IMG/VR virus record: IMGVR_UViG_3300042402_005702
Location: 1 to 56,841 of that record
Source: a virus
Lineage: Duplodnaviria; Caudoviricetes
DNA length: 56,841 nt
Direction: 5' to 3' (one strand)
Below are positions 9,044 to 18,017 of this stretch, one piece after another; the first letter of the stretch is position 1, and every line of letters starts with the position of its first letter. The notes under the pieces were generated by a model. The model was not told the origin of the DNA, did no database searches, and saw only the letters and a list, made by a program, of their open reading frames with translations. The position numbers and the translations under genes are program-made.

Positions 9044-10146
9044 TTACAGTTCAGCCATTCTCAATGTCCGTGCTAGGTAAAGCGAAGCATTTCTTTGCTT
9101 TAAGACACATAAACGGCGACTCGTTGGAGATTGTGCGTCGCACACCTGCAGGCGATGACGTTTTCAATGACGCGAATGTTTACCGAATGGAAAATGGTCA
9201 GTTGGTAGTGACCTTGGATCACCCTTTCGCGCACTTGGGAAATCTTGTCTTAATTGCGAAAGCCGAAGGCGTCGAGGAAATAATTAACCTTGAGCATTTT
9301 GAGCGCATCATCGAGTTCTACGACCGTTCTCCTGACGTGGTCATGTCTGAGGTTGGGGTGTTTGTGTTCTGTAAATCTGAACCAATTTACGACCCTGCGA
9401 TGGAATGGCGATGCGACAACACGATGTATGGCGCGCGGGCGTACGAGACTCCCTCTGTAAAGAACCCTCAGTTGGTTTCATCTTTGGACGACATCATCAT
9501 GTACGAACCAGTCTTGACTGTTCCAGCAGTCGGTCATTTGCTTTACATTCATTTCCACAACGATGAAATTCTGCGTCGCGACTTCATTGACGATGCAGAA
9601 TTACCCATCGGGGCTTACACACTTGGGGAAATGTTTCGTTTACTGCACGAATGGTCTGCCGTACATGGGGAGCCTTTTAACAACCAAGAACGTATTGCTG
9701 GTGACGCACAAGGCTTCCTAAGCGCACTTGAGTTTGACGCAGGACTTATTGCTGGTCAGCCTGAGATGCAGATTTCGTCCTTCTTGAGGGGTAAAGAAAA
9801 CGCGCGTCAAAGACCGCTTGAGTTGGTACCAACGTCAGAAGCCTTGCTTCAGTTCGTACGAGAGAGAATGGCTTACAGTTCGCTGAGTGCTTTGTCTATC
9901 GTGTTTCCGGGTTTGGTTGACACTGCGACGGTATTGAAAGAAGAGCAACGGCAACTTCACATCGGTATTCAGAAATTCCGCGACTACTACGGAGTTGGGT
10001 TAGAAATTCCGCTGACAGATGAAAACCGAGTGATTGAGCGCGCCACCGAAATTTCCCTTACTAACCCTGCCTACATTCACAACCAACTAAGAATGTTCAG
10101 GAACAAACGTGAAGTGTTAGACAGGGTTTCTTATGGCAATTTATAA
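9040..10146 (+). CDS. Hypothetical protein (368 aa)
   Basis: Long ORF overlapping both neighbours; no motif recognised. Confidence 0.7.
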   Translation: MITVQPFSMSVLGKAKHFFALRHINGDSLEIVRRTPAGDDVFNDANVYRMENGQLVVTLDHPFAHLGNLVLIAKAEGVEEIINLEHFERIIEFYDRSPDVVMSEVGVFVFCKSEPIYDPAMEWRCDNTMYGARAYETPSVKNPQLVSSLDDIIMYEPVLTVPAVGHLLYIHFHNDEILRRDFIDDAELPIGAYTLGEMFRLLHEWSAVHGEPFNNQERIAGDAQGFLSALEFDAGLIAGQPEMQISSFLRGKENARQRPLELVPTSEALLQFVRERMAYSSLSALSIVFPGLVDTATVLKEEQRQLHIGIQKFRDYYGVGLEIPLTDENRVIERATEISLTNPAYIHNQLRMFRNKREVLDRVSYGNL

Positions 10147-11665
10147 CGACGCGGGCGTTCAGTATTCAACGTCAAGCATTACTTACAATCAAACGTTCGC
10201 AATTGTCTCCGCAACAGCGTCTGGAGCAGGAACAGGAACGTCCAGTGCGAGTGAACTTGTAACCGTCCCACGTTCAGCAACGGGGTCTGGGACATCAAAT
10301 CAAAGCGCATCAGGTTTACGCACAATTGGACGTAACGCTTCTGGTTCAGGAACGGGAAGTTCGCAGAACTCAATCCTTCATCTTATTTATAGAAACGCCC
10401 AAGGTAGCGGATCCGGATCGACTGATGACACGGCGGTTGGATTACACATTGCTCCGCGTTCCGCAACAGGGAACGGACAAGGTACAAGCGCAACAACCGA
10501 AAGACAGACCGTCATTCGGTCGGCATCTGCTTCGGGACAAGGAACCGAAACAGCCGATGGATTACGTCTTGTCCCACGAACAGCGACAGGTGACGGTTCT
10601 GGAGCATCGACAACGGCAGAACTTGTTATTCGTGCGCGCACAGCGTCGGGGTCAGGATTAGGAACGTCATCAGCAACGAGCAGTGTCGCGCCTGTCCGCG
10701 TTGCTACGGGTTCAGGTCAAGGAAACTCAACCGCATCTGGCTTCACAACCCGTTCTGCTTCGGGAACAGGCAATGGAACGGGAACTCAAACAGCGACAGG
10801 TTTGGTAGCGCACCAAAGACAAGCCACCGGATCTGGGTCAAGTTCTGACGCTAACTCTGTTGCTCATCTTGTCTACCGAAACGCTCAAGGCGAAGGAAAC
10901 GGTTCAACGTCTGGTGAAGTGACGTTCTTGGTGACATCGGTTCGCACAGCGAACGGCGCAGGAAGTGGTTCATCAGCAACAGATGAACTTCGCACCGTTA
11001 CCAAAACAGGTAACAGCACTGCCTTGGGTACAAGCGCGACGACCGAACTCCACATCAATATTCGCCAAGCATCCGCTTCTGGAAGTGGAACAGCGACAGG
11101 TTCTGGACTCCACACCGCTCCGCGAACAGCGACAGGTGCTGGTACAGGGACGCAGACCGTTTCATCCTTACACACGGCTCCGCGAACCGCAACGGGGTCG
11201 GGAACGAGTTCATCGCAGAACTCTATCCACCACAAGGTGTACCGAAATGCACAGGGCGACGGACAGGCAATAACGACGCAAGCCGCCACTTGGCGCAGGA
11301 TTGTTCCGCGCACCGCAACAAATGCTGGTGCAGGAACATCGACGACGTCAACTGTGGTCACGCGTTTGCGAACAGCAATCGCGTCAGGCTTCGGAACACA
11401 ATTAGCGACGGGCTTACACAAAGTTCCGCGCACCGCGACAGGGGCTGGAGTCGGAACACAAACTGTAGTTAGAATTGTCATTGCTGGTCGTGTGGCTACG
11501 GGTTCTGGATTCGGCTCGGCAATCGTTGATGGGTCACGTCGACTTAACATCGGAAGTAAGACATCGACGTCGTCTGTAGACGGCAGTAGACTGTCTGTCA
11601 GCGTTAGTGGGGTTTCCACCGAGGTTTTGGCGTCTGGTTCTACACTGCTAGTCGACGCATCGTGA
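10133..11665 (+). CDS. Tandem-repeat fibre-like protein (about 21 repeats of 20-22 aa, R-T-A-T-G-x-G-x-G)
   Basis: Repeats visible in the translation. Confidence 0.8.
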   Translation: MAIYNDAGVQYSTSSITYNQTFAIVSATASGAGTGTSSASELVTVPRSATGSGTSNQSASGLRTIGRNASGSGTGSSQNSILHLIYRNAQGSGSGSTDDTAVGLHIAPRSATGNGQGTSATTERQTVIRSASASGQGTETADGLRLVPRTATGDGSGASTTAELVIRARTASGSGLGTSSATSSVAPVRVATGSGQGNSTASGFTTRSASGTGNGTGTQTATGLVAHQRQATGSGSSSDANSVAHLVYRNAQGEGNGSTSGEVTFLVTSVRTANGAGSGSSATDELRTVTKTGNSTALGTSATTELHINIRQASASGSGTATGSGLHTAPRTATGAGTGTQTVSSLHTAPRTATGSGTSSSQNSIHHKVYRNAQGDGQAITTQAATWRRIVPRTATNAGAGTSTTSTVVTRLRTAIASGFGTQLATGLHKVPRTATGAGVGTQTVVRIVIAGRVATGSGFGSAIVDGSRRLNIGSKTSTSSVDGSRLSVSVSGVSTEVLASGSTLLVDAS

Positions 11666-11680
11666 CATTTGGAGACATCA

Positions 11681-12388
11681 ATGGCAAACGTAACAATCAA
11701 GAAGGGCGACCGACTTCCCGTCTTGGCGCGTCAATTTACTCTTGACGACGAACCAATAAACCTCACTGGTGCGACAGTGACTTTTGATATGTGGAACGCC
11801 TCCACAGGAACCCAAGTCATCACGGCTGGTGTTTGCACTGTCGTTACCGCCGCCACCGGCGACGTTGAGTACCCTTGGTCGGCAAACGATGCGCTTCTGA
11901 ATGCGGGTCAATACCTCGGTGCTTTTACCGCGACGTTTACAGGCAAGACGCTGACAGCGCCGAACAACGGCATGATAACCATTGAGATTTTCGCCGACAC
12001 CGCGTCCGCTTGGTCGTACACAGGAAACCCTGACGCGCGCCCCATCGACATGGTTCGTTTCTTGATTGGTGACACAGACGCCGAAAATGCGCAACTAAAC
12101 GACAACGAAATCACCGCCTTGTTGGTGCAAGCGTCCAACAACACAAACACCGCGGCTGTTTACGCGTGTCGTTCCTTGGCAACCAAATACGCCGCCAAAG
12201 CCGACTACTCACGTTCGGTTGGTGGTCTTTCCATCTCCACGCAGTACGGAGCAACCGCAGACCGTTACCTCAACTTGGCGATGGTTCTCGGCAACCAAGG
12301 TGCCGAACAAGACCCGCCGATCCCGACGGTGTCCGCAAACGCCCTCGGTGACTTCAAGTTCTCAATCGACATGGACAAGTTCAATTGA
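11681..12388 (+). CDS. BppU-like N-domain fused to a head-tail adaptor
   Basis: IKKGDRLP..INLTGATV..G.VEY.W N-domain; WSYTGNP..VRFLIGDTD..L.D.EI adaptor motif. Confidence 0.7.
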   Translation: MANVTIKKGDRLPVLARQFTLDDEPINLTGATVTFDMWNASTGTQVITAGVCTVVTAATGDVEYPWSANDALLNAGQYLGAFTATFTGKTLTAPNNGMITIEIFADTASAWSYTGNPDARPIDMVRFLIGDTDAENAQLNDNEITALLVQASNNTNTAAVYACRSLATKYAAKADYSRSVGGLSISTQYGATADRYLNLAMVLGNQGAEQDPPIPTVSANALGDFKFSIDMDKFN

Positions 12389-12720
12389 CCATCGAGCGCG
12401 TTTTCCTTGACCTTATGCCTCAAACGGTGACTTGGTACCCCAAGTCATCTACTGACGCGTACGGCAAAGACACGTTCTCTGGAACGGGCAAAAGCCAGCG
12501 TTGCCGAATTGAAAAGTCCACCGGCATCAGCCAGAAAGCCGACGGGCAAGACGTGTCAGTTGACGGCACGATTTACTTCTACGGCGTCAGCACCATCGGC
12601 ATTGAAGACAAACTTGTCCTGCCTGACGGGTCGGCACGCATCGTTTTGAACATCGAGACAAGCGACGACGGTGACGGCGCGTTCGCCACGAAACTGACCT
12701 TCGGAAAGATGAGCGGGTGA
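12385..12720 (+). CDS. Head closure/stopper protein
   Basis: Size, gene position and the DAYG..DKLVLPDG pattern. Confidence 0.65.
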   Translation: MTIERVFLDLMPQTVTWYPKSSTDAYGKDTFSGTGKSQRCRIEKSTGISQKADGQDVSVDGTIYFYGVSTIGIEDKLVLPDGSARIVLNIETSDDGDGAFATKLTFGKMSG

Positions 12721-12723
12721 ACA

Positions 12724-13140
12724 ATGTCAAAGATAACGACGTACGGCATTGAGCAACTGCTCGGCGCTTTACGACGCATGGAAAAGGATGTGCTTCCGGT
12801 CATCGGGCGCGCGCTGTACGAAGAAGCAACAGACGTCGCGAACTCGGCTGACCTTCTTGTCCCCTACGACACAGGCAACTTGGCGCGTTCACAAATCGTG
12901 CATCACCCTCAAAGCGCCGGAAACAAAGTGTTCGTCGACATCACCTACGGTGGCGTGGCGGCAAAGTACGCACTCGTTCAACACGAGAACCTGACCTACT
13001 CCCACCCGTCAAAGGCGTCGGGGCTTCCACCAAACGGTCGCCAAGCCAAGTACCTGAGTACGCCCGCCGAGAAAGCGATGATTGGTTTCACCTACCGCAT
13101 GAACGTTCGCATTGAAGCAATCGCGAGAGGACTCTACTGA
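12724..13140 (+). CDS. HK97 gp10-like neck protein
   Basis: VPYDTGNL.RS..YA..QHE..QAKYL motif. Confidence 0.8.
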   Translation: MSKITTYGIEQLLGALRRMEKDVLPVIGRALYEEATDVANSADLLVPYDTGNLARSQIVHHPQSAGNKVFVDITYGGVAAKYALVQHENLTYSHPSKASGLPPNGRQAKYLSTPAEKAMIGFTYRMNVRIEAIARGLY

Positions 13141-13538
13141 TGGCGCTTTTGGACTCCCTTGGCGAGAAACTGCAAACCGACGGTGTCGGCACTTTGGCAA
13201 CGAACATCTTCCTTGGCTACCTACGCGACACCCCAGACGTCGCAGTTGGCGTCTTTGAAGACCGAGGCAACGGCGCGGAGCAGGTGTTTGGGGCGGGAGT
13301 CGTCGCGATTGAACAGCCGTCCATCCGTGTCGTTGCGCGCGCCGCAAGAAACGACTACCCAGCCGCGCGAACCAAAATCCTCGCTGTCCGCGCCAGCCTC
13401 GGATCCATTCGCGACACCACGATTTCGGGCGTCAACTTCATGTGCGTCATTGCCACGTCAGACCCGTACCCAATGGGGCTGGACGAACACGAGAGGGCGA
13501 TGTTCGGACTCGACTTGCAGGCGTGGGTCTTGCCATGA
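13140..13538 (+). CDS. Tail terminator (minor capsid family)
   Basis: G.GT..IF.G..PD..P.I.V..R..Y..G.DE..R pattern; gene position. Confidence 0.7.
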   Translation: MALLDSLGEKLQTDGVGTLATNIFLGYLRDTPDVAVGVFEDRGNGAEQVFGAGVVAIEQPSIRVVARAARNDYPAARTKILAVRASLGSIRDTTISGVNFMCVIATSDPYPMGLDEHERAMFGLDLQAWVLP

Positions 13539-13792
13539 GTGGGCTACGGGACACCATTTTGGCGAACCAGCCCGCCAGCGAACCCGTCCCACAGGTCGAT
13601 TGGGAGGGCATTTTGGGCGGTTTGGACGCCATCGGCAAGGCTGTGGCGGCGCTTCGCATCCAAGTTGAAAGCCAAATGACCCCGAAAATCGGTGAAAATG
13701 GCGAATGTTTGCATCCTTTGGCGGATCGGCGGGAAGCGTCGTCTTTCAGCCAGCACGTCGAGTTTTGCGGTCGTTGCGGGGAGATGGTGTGA
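13535..13792 (+). CDS. Small zinc-finger protein
   Basis: C.H..FCGRCG; ATGA overlap. Confidence 0.55.
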   Translation: MSGLRDTILANQPASEPVPQVDWEGILGGLDAIGKAVAALRIQVESQMTPKIGENGECLHPLADRREASSFSQHVEFCGRCGEMV

Positions 13793-13962
13793 GTTCGCCT
13801 GAAACGCCCACAGAACCGCCCACAGGCGACCCGTATGGGCGAGATGGGCGTCGAGACGCGAAACCGCGCTGTTGGCGCTGTGGACGCCTTCTGGCGGAAA
13901 TGGTGACCCGTCCTTGGTCGATTACCTGCACACGGTGCAAAGCCCAGAACCTGAGCGAATAA
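13789..13962 (+). CDS. Com-like zinc-ribbon protein
   Basis: RCWRCGRLLAE..ITCTRCKAQN matches the Mu Com family pattern; GTGA overlap. Confidence 0.65.
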   Translation: MSSPETPTEPPTGDPYGRDGRRDAKPRCWRCGRLLAEMVTRPWSITCTRCKAQNLSE

Positions 13963-13966
13963 AGAC

Positions 13967-13996
13967 TTGACCTAGGTTGAGGCGCTATGGCAGGGT
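13967..13996 (+). promoter_or_regulatory. Promoter TTGACC-18-CAGGGT with operator TTGACCTAGGTTGA; leaderless ATG 14003
   Basis: Read directly; no RBS before the ATG. Confidence 0.65.
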
Positions 13997-14002
13997 GGGG
14001 TC

Positions 14003-14614
14003 ATGGCATCTACCCCAAATACCCCATGTGAGCCTTCCAAGGTTCAAATTTCCTATTGGCTGAAGCGCAACCGCTATGGCGGTTCTTGCTTCGTTTGTGA
14101 TGCGGCGGTCGCCAAAGGCGACGGCTACATCCAGAAGAGCGGATCGGAATGGCAGACGGTTTGCTACGACTGCGTTCGCGCGCACGGCAAAGCGACGCCG
14201 ATTTTCGACAAGGAGGGACGCCCAATGCACGCCCCTTCGCTCAACCGCGCGCACTACGGCGGCGACATTTTCAACTGCAACAAGTGCAAGATGGACATCG
14301 TTTTGGTCAAAAGCGACAAGACGGGCAAGTGGTACTTCTGCGAAATCCAGACGGGTCGCACCGACGTTCGTTACGCCTGCTTGCACGCCCCGCACAGCCC
14401 TGAATCCTGCCAAGCGCACCTCGACCGCATGGAGGAAATCAACAGAGGCTGGCGCGAAATGGACGCCCGCAACGAACGCGACAAGCGCCTGATGGTGTTG
14501 CGCGAAGAGGCAATGGAGGCGTGGGAAAAGGCACCGACCCCAGAAGAGGCACGCGCCATCCTTGCCGAATACCAAGCCACCGTGAAATCAATCCACGACG
14601 AAGCAATCAACTAA
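14003..14614 (+). CDS. Cys-rich hypothetical early protein
   Basis: NRYGGSCFVC..CYDC and further Cys pairs. Confidence 0.7.
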   Translation: MASTPNTPCEPSKVQISYWLKRNRYGGSCFVCDAAVAKGDGYIQKSGSEWQTVCYDCVRAHGKATPIFDKEGRPMHAPSLNRAHYGGDIFNCNKCKMDIVLVKSDKTGKWYFCEIQTGRTDVRYACLHAPHSPESCQAHLDRMEEINRGWREMDARNERDKRLMVLREEAMEAWEKAPTPEEARAILAEYQATVKSIHDEAIN

Positions 14615-14631
14615 CCAGCAAAGGAACCGCC

Positions 14632-15057
14632 ATGAGCAACGACATCAACCTGAAAGACATCATCGCACTCGTCGAGCAGTGCGTCGACTTTGAGCCAGTC
14701 AAGGGCTACCGCAAGACCTACACCAACAACCACAAACACATCGTTGAGAAGCGCCGAGCAGGGCTTGACGTTGACAACCCACTCGTCGTCGAGTGGCAAG
14801 CCAACTGGACGATTTGCGGAATGACCAACGCCGACTTCACCGCCTCGCTCGGAGGTAACGGCGAGTTGCACGTTGGCGATATCACCGCCAAAACAAAGAA
14901 AGCGGTCGCCGACCAAGTCCACGAACGCATCGTTTTGGAATTGGCACACACCTTTTGGGAGTACGTCGACTACGGCTTCGGTCACGACGAACGCCTCGCC
15001 GACGCCATCCTCAAAATCCTCACCGAGTTCGCCTCAACCAAGGAGGCATCAAAGTGA
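14632..15057 (+). CDS. Hypothetical protein
   Basis: AAGGA RBS; phage-like codon usage. Confidence 0.65.
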   Translation: MSNDINLKDIIALVEQCVDFEPVKGYRKTYTNNHKHIVEKRRAGLDVDNPLVVEWQANWTICGMTNADFTASLGGNGELHVGDITAKTKKAVADQVHERIVLELAHTFWEYVDYGFGHDERLADAILKILTEFASTKEASK

Positions 15058-15680
15058 GCAACCTTGCCCCGCCGAAAATAACTCGCCTCGCCTCTGGGTC
15101 TTACGCCATCGGTGATTGGCGCATAATGCGGTCAACCCGAATGGGCATCACGCTTTGGTTCGTTTGGATTGACGGCACCCTTACCAAGAACGTCTGGTAC
15201 GACGTAAACACGAGTTCGTTTCCCAATTTGCGCGACGCCAAGAACCACATCACCAACATGGAGGAAAGCAAAATGAACACCAAGACCGCACCGATTGAAG
15301 GACTGACACGCTGTGAGTGTGGTTCTAAATATTGGGATGGAAACCGATGCATTTCTTGTGGGGACAAGTACCCCACAAATATGACGTCACAAATCAAAAC
15401 AAAGGTTGACCGAGGTCAACCGAACAGGCATACTGACACCGCTCCAAACCCGAACCAAGGAGAAATCAAAATGAGCATCACCGTCACCACCACCAAGCGC
15501 GAGGAGCAACTCCAGCGCGACGAAACAACATGGGAAACCTACATCCTTCTCGGCAATTGGGTCGAGGTTGCGAAGCAAATGAACTACGCAAACGGCTCCT
15601 GCGCCCGACGCGCAGGTATGCGCCACGCCCTCCGCAACGGTCTCGTGGTTGAGTCCACCGCCTCCCCATCGGCGGACTAA
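15054..15680 (+). CDS. Hypothetical ORF with nested in-frame starts (15054, 15273, 15471)
   Basis: Each start has its own RBS and no stop lies between them. Confidence 0.5.
   Translation: MSNLAPPKITRLASGSYAIGDWRIMRSTRMGITLWFVWIDGTLTKNVWYDVNTSSFPNLRDAKNHITNMEESKMNTKTAPIEGLTRCECGSKYWDGNRCISCGDKYPTNMTSQIKTKVDRGQPNRHTDTAPNPNQGEIKMSITVTTTKREEQLQRDETTWETYILLGNWVEVAKQMNYANGSCARRAGMRHALRNGLVVESTASPSAD
15404..15434 (+). promoter_or_regulatory. Promoter TTGACC-17-CATACT overlapped by palindrome GGTTGACC-GA-GGTCAACC
   Basis: Perfect 8-bp arms at 15404-15421. Confidence 0.75.
15471..15680 (+). CDS. Stand-alone ANGG-type HTH protein
   Basis: NWVEVAKQMNYANGSCARRAGMRH; AAGGAGA RBS. Confidence 0.75.
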   Translation: MSITVTTTKREEQLQRDETTWETYILLGNWVEVAKQMNYANGSCARRAGMRHALRNGLVVESTASPSAD

Positions 15681-15700
15681 TCCCCTAACCACGAAGGGAA

Positions 15701-15750
15701 CCCTGACGGCTGGTCATCGGCTTTGATAAGGTCGATGGCTACCGTCAGGG
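15701..15750 (+). terminator. Long RNA hairpin (about 23 bp, 4 G-U pairs)
   Basis: CCCTGACGG/CCGTCAGGG base stem plus a 14-bp upper stem. Confidence 0.6.
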
Positions 15751-15756
15751 AACTCC

Positions 15757-16149
15757 ATGAAATTTGAACGCCAAGCACACATCGCGACGTGGACAGAGTT
15801 CCCGCGTAACTCCCCTTTCATCGTGAAAGGGGAACTTGGCGTTTTCCGCTACCGCTACCACTTTCGCCTGACCGACCAATCGGTTAGGGTTGCCCTTTAC
15901 GGTGGCAAACCACCAGCCCACCGCATCGACGCAGACGTCCTTGACCTAATTGCAGTGTCGGATTTTGAGATGCAAATGATTAAACGTGCCTCGGCACGAA
16001 AGGAGGTGACACTCGACAACATCAAAACGGTCACGCTATTCGCGTGGGACGTGACACGCCCGAAAGCCAAAGTCATAACAGCAACGGGCGCTGTACTAAC
16101 GGTTCTTAAAGACCGTCTCGGACTACCAGAAGGAGAAACTTCACCATGA
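15757..16149 (+). CDS. Hypothetical protein resembling the C-domain of 48246..48743
   Basis: VKGELGVFRYRY..VALYGG vs IKGETGRFTFRY..VTVWGG. Confidence 0.6.
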   Translation: MKFERQAHIATWTEFPRNSPFIVKGELGVFRYRYHFRLTDQSVRVALYGGKPPAHRIDADVLDLIAVSDFEMQMIKRASARKEVTLDNIKTVTLFAWDVTRPKAKVITATGAVLTVLKDRLGLPEGETSP

Positions 16150-16763
16150 TAAAACGTTGGTTATTCGCGCTCACCCTTTTAACGGGCGCATTGCATTTCG
16201 GGATCGCAGAAGCATCCCCTGTCCCATCCACCACTCAACCCGTCCAAATTGGACACCCGCTCGACGAGCCACGAGCATTCGTGATGGCTCCAACAACGAC
16301 TGCGCCCAAAGTCAGCAACACTTCTCGACCCGCCAAACCAAAGCGGAAGTGGGTCACCGTCAACGTTGACGGCACGCTTATTTCAATCCCCAGAGACAAG
16401 ACATACCGATGCCCCAAACTTGAGCCTGCCATCAAGAAAGCGGGACTCAAACCAACCGCCGTGTGGAGTTACATCGCTTACCGCGAGTCCCGTTGCCAAC
16501 CGAAAGCAATCGGCTGGAACTACAAGAGCGGAAAATCCCACCTCGACTGCCGTTTGGCACCGGCGAACATCTACAAACGATGCGCGGCGATCCGTTCTTA
16601 CGACTCAGGGGCTATGCAAATCAACTCGACGTGGAAAACCGTCACGGCGCAGGTCTGCAACGCCAAGTTCGGCAACCTTGAGGTGCTTCGCAAAGTGGAC
16701 TGCAACCTCGCTGTCGCCAAGTACCTGTTTGATAACGGTGGTTTAGGACACTGGGGTTTCTAA
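16146..16763 (+). CDS. Secreted lytic transglycosylase (SLT/lysozyme-like)
   Basis: Signal peptide; IAYRESRC (catalytic Glu), DSGAMQIN, N..A..L..G..HW. Confidence 0.75.
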   Translation: MIKRWLFALTLLTGALHFGIAEASPVPSTTQPVQIGHPLDEPRAFVMAPTTTAPKVSNTSRPAKPKRKWVTVNVDGTLISIPRDKTYRCPKLEPAIKKAGLKPTAVWSYIAYRESRCQPKAIGWNYKSGKSHLDCRLAPANIYKRCAAIRSYDSGAMQINSTWKTVTAQVCNAKFGNLEVLRKVDCNLAVAKYLFDNGGLGHWGF

Positions 16764-16805
16764 ATCCTCCTACCGTCGTTGCGGTGTGTCACTATTGCCA
16801 GCCCT

Positions 16806-16994
16806 ATGGCAAGCATTGACGCACCCTCGCAAATCGTCCTACCAGCCTCATTCCTTGATGATGTGATGTGGCTACTCCGCAAAGTCGTCGTTCACGGCGA
16901 CGAACAAACGATGCTGTTTCGCGTTGTCGACACGGCAACAGAAGCCCGCAAAGCATCCACTACGGTAAAGTCCTGCACCTGTTGTAAGGGCTGA
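16806..16994 (+). CDS. Small hypothetical protein
   Basis: ORF fills the gap; weak support. Confidence 0.4.
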   Translation: MASIDAPSQIVLPASFLDDVMWLLRKVVVHGDEQTMLFRVVDTATEARKASTTVKSCTCCKG

Positions 16995-17103
16995 TAGCCT
17001 GCAGGAAACGTGACCGTCGTGTCTCCGCTTTCCTGAACCGTACCCATCGTGGTCATCGGGTGGTTCGGGACACGTCTGTCTTTGAACTAGTCGGAGGAAC
17101 GCA

Positions 17104-17289
17104 ATGGCAAAGTACCGAGTGCTTGTTGGCATCGAGTACGCTTCGCGCCGCGTTGAAGCAGGAGAAGTCGTCGACGACATTCCAGCGAAGTCCATCAAAT
17201 GGCTCCGCGAGCAAGGATTGATTGAACCCGCCGACGGCAAAGACGTCGTCGTTGAGGACGAACCAACTGCCGAAGGAGATGAAGGCTGA
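17104..17289 (+). CDS. Small tail-module protein
   Basis: GGAGG RBS; YRVL.GI.Y..R.E.G..V.D.P..WL..G.I motif upstream of the tail tube. Confidence 0.7.
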   Translation: MAKYRVLVGIEYASRRVEAGEVVDDIPAKSIKWLREQGLIEPADGKDVVVEDEPTAEGDEG

Positions 17290-18005
17290 TGGCATTCAAA
17301 CACGGTAAGAACACCAAAGTTCTCATTGGCAACTACGACCTTTCCCAATTTCTAAACGAGGCATCCGTGATGCAGTCAGTTGAGACTGGCGAAACCACGA
17401 CCTACGGCAAGGACGCGAAAACCTACATCACAGGCTTGGCAGATGGAACCATCTCAATGGGCGGAATGTTTGACGGTCAGGCAGGCGCTACCGACGCTGT
17501 CCTTTCTGGGTACCTTGGCGACTCAAACGGCGTGGTCATCACCATCGCACCAGAGGGGCTGGCACACGGCGCGCGACTGAAGTCCGCACAAACGGTGTCC
17601 ACTTCGTACGAGATTTCAAGCCCCGTCGCCGATGTTGTGTCGGTGAGCGCCGAAGCACAGGTTTCGGGTGGCGTCAGCGCGGGCATCAGCCTGCGCGACT
17701 TGACGTCAGCAACGACCACCGGCGTGGGAACAGCGCTGGACAACTCCGCATCAACAGCGAACGGTGGAGTCGGCATTTTGCACGTCACCGCCAACAGCCA
17801 CAACGCGGGAGCAACATTCAAGGTTCAACACTCCGCCGACAACTCGACGTGGGCAGACCTAGTCACTTTCACCGCCGTCAGCACAACATCGCTGGCAAGC
17901 GAACGCATCGCCGTAACAGGCACAGTCAACCGTTACCTTCGCGCGTCATGGACGCTCGCTGGCACGGGTGGCATCACATTCCACATCAACTTTTCACGCT
18001 CATAA
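17289..18005 (+). CDS. Tail tube protein 1 with an extra C-terminal beta domain
   Basis: HGKN..DLS..ETGETTT..KTYITGL.D motif. Confidence 0.8.
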   Translation: MAFKHGKNTKVLIGNYDLSQFLNEASVMQSVETGETTTYGKDAKTYITGLADGTISMGGMFDGQAGATDAVLSGYLGDSNGVVITIAPEGLAHGARLKSAQTVSTSYEISSPVADVVSVSAEAQVSGGVSAGISLRDLTSATTTGVGTALDNSASTANGGVGILHVTANSHNAGATFKVQHSADNSTWADLVTFTAVSTTSLASERIAVTGTVNRYLRASWTLAGTGGITFHINFSRS

Positions 18006-18017
18006 GGAGAAACTAAT

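Noticed and set aside
10133-11665. Ice-nucleation or antifreeze protein
   Set aside because: It lacks the AGYGST 16-aa repeat, and the context is virion structural.
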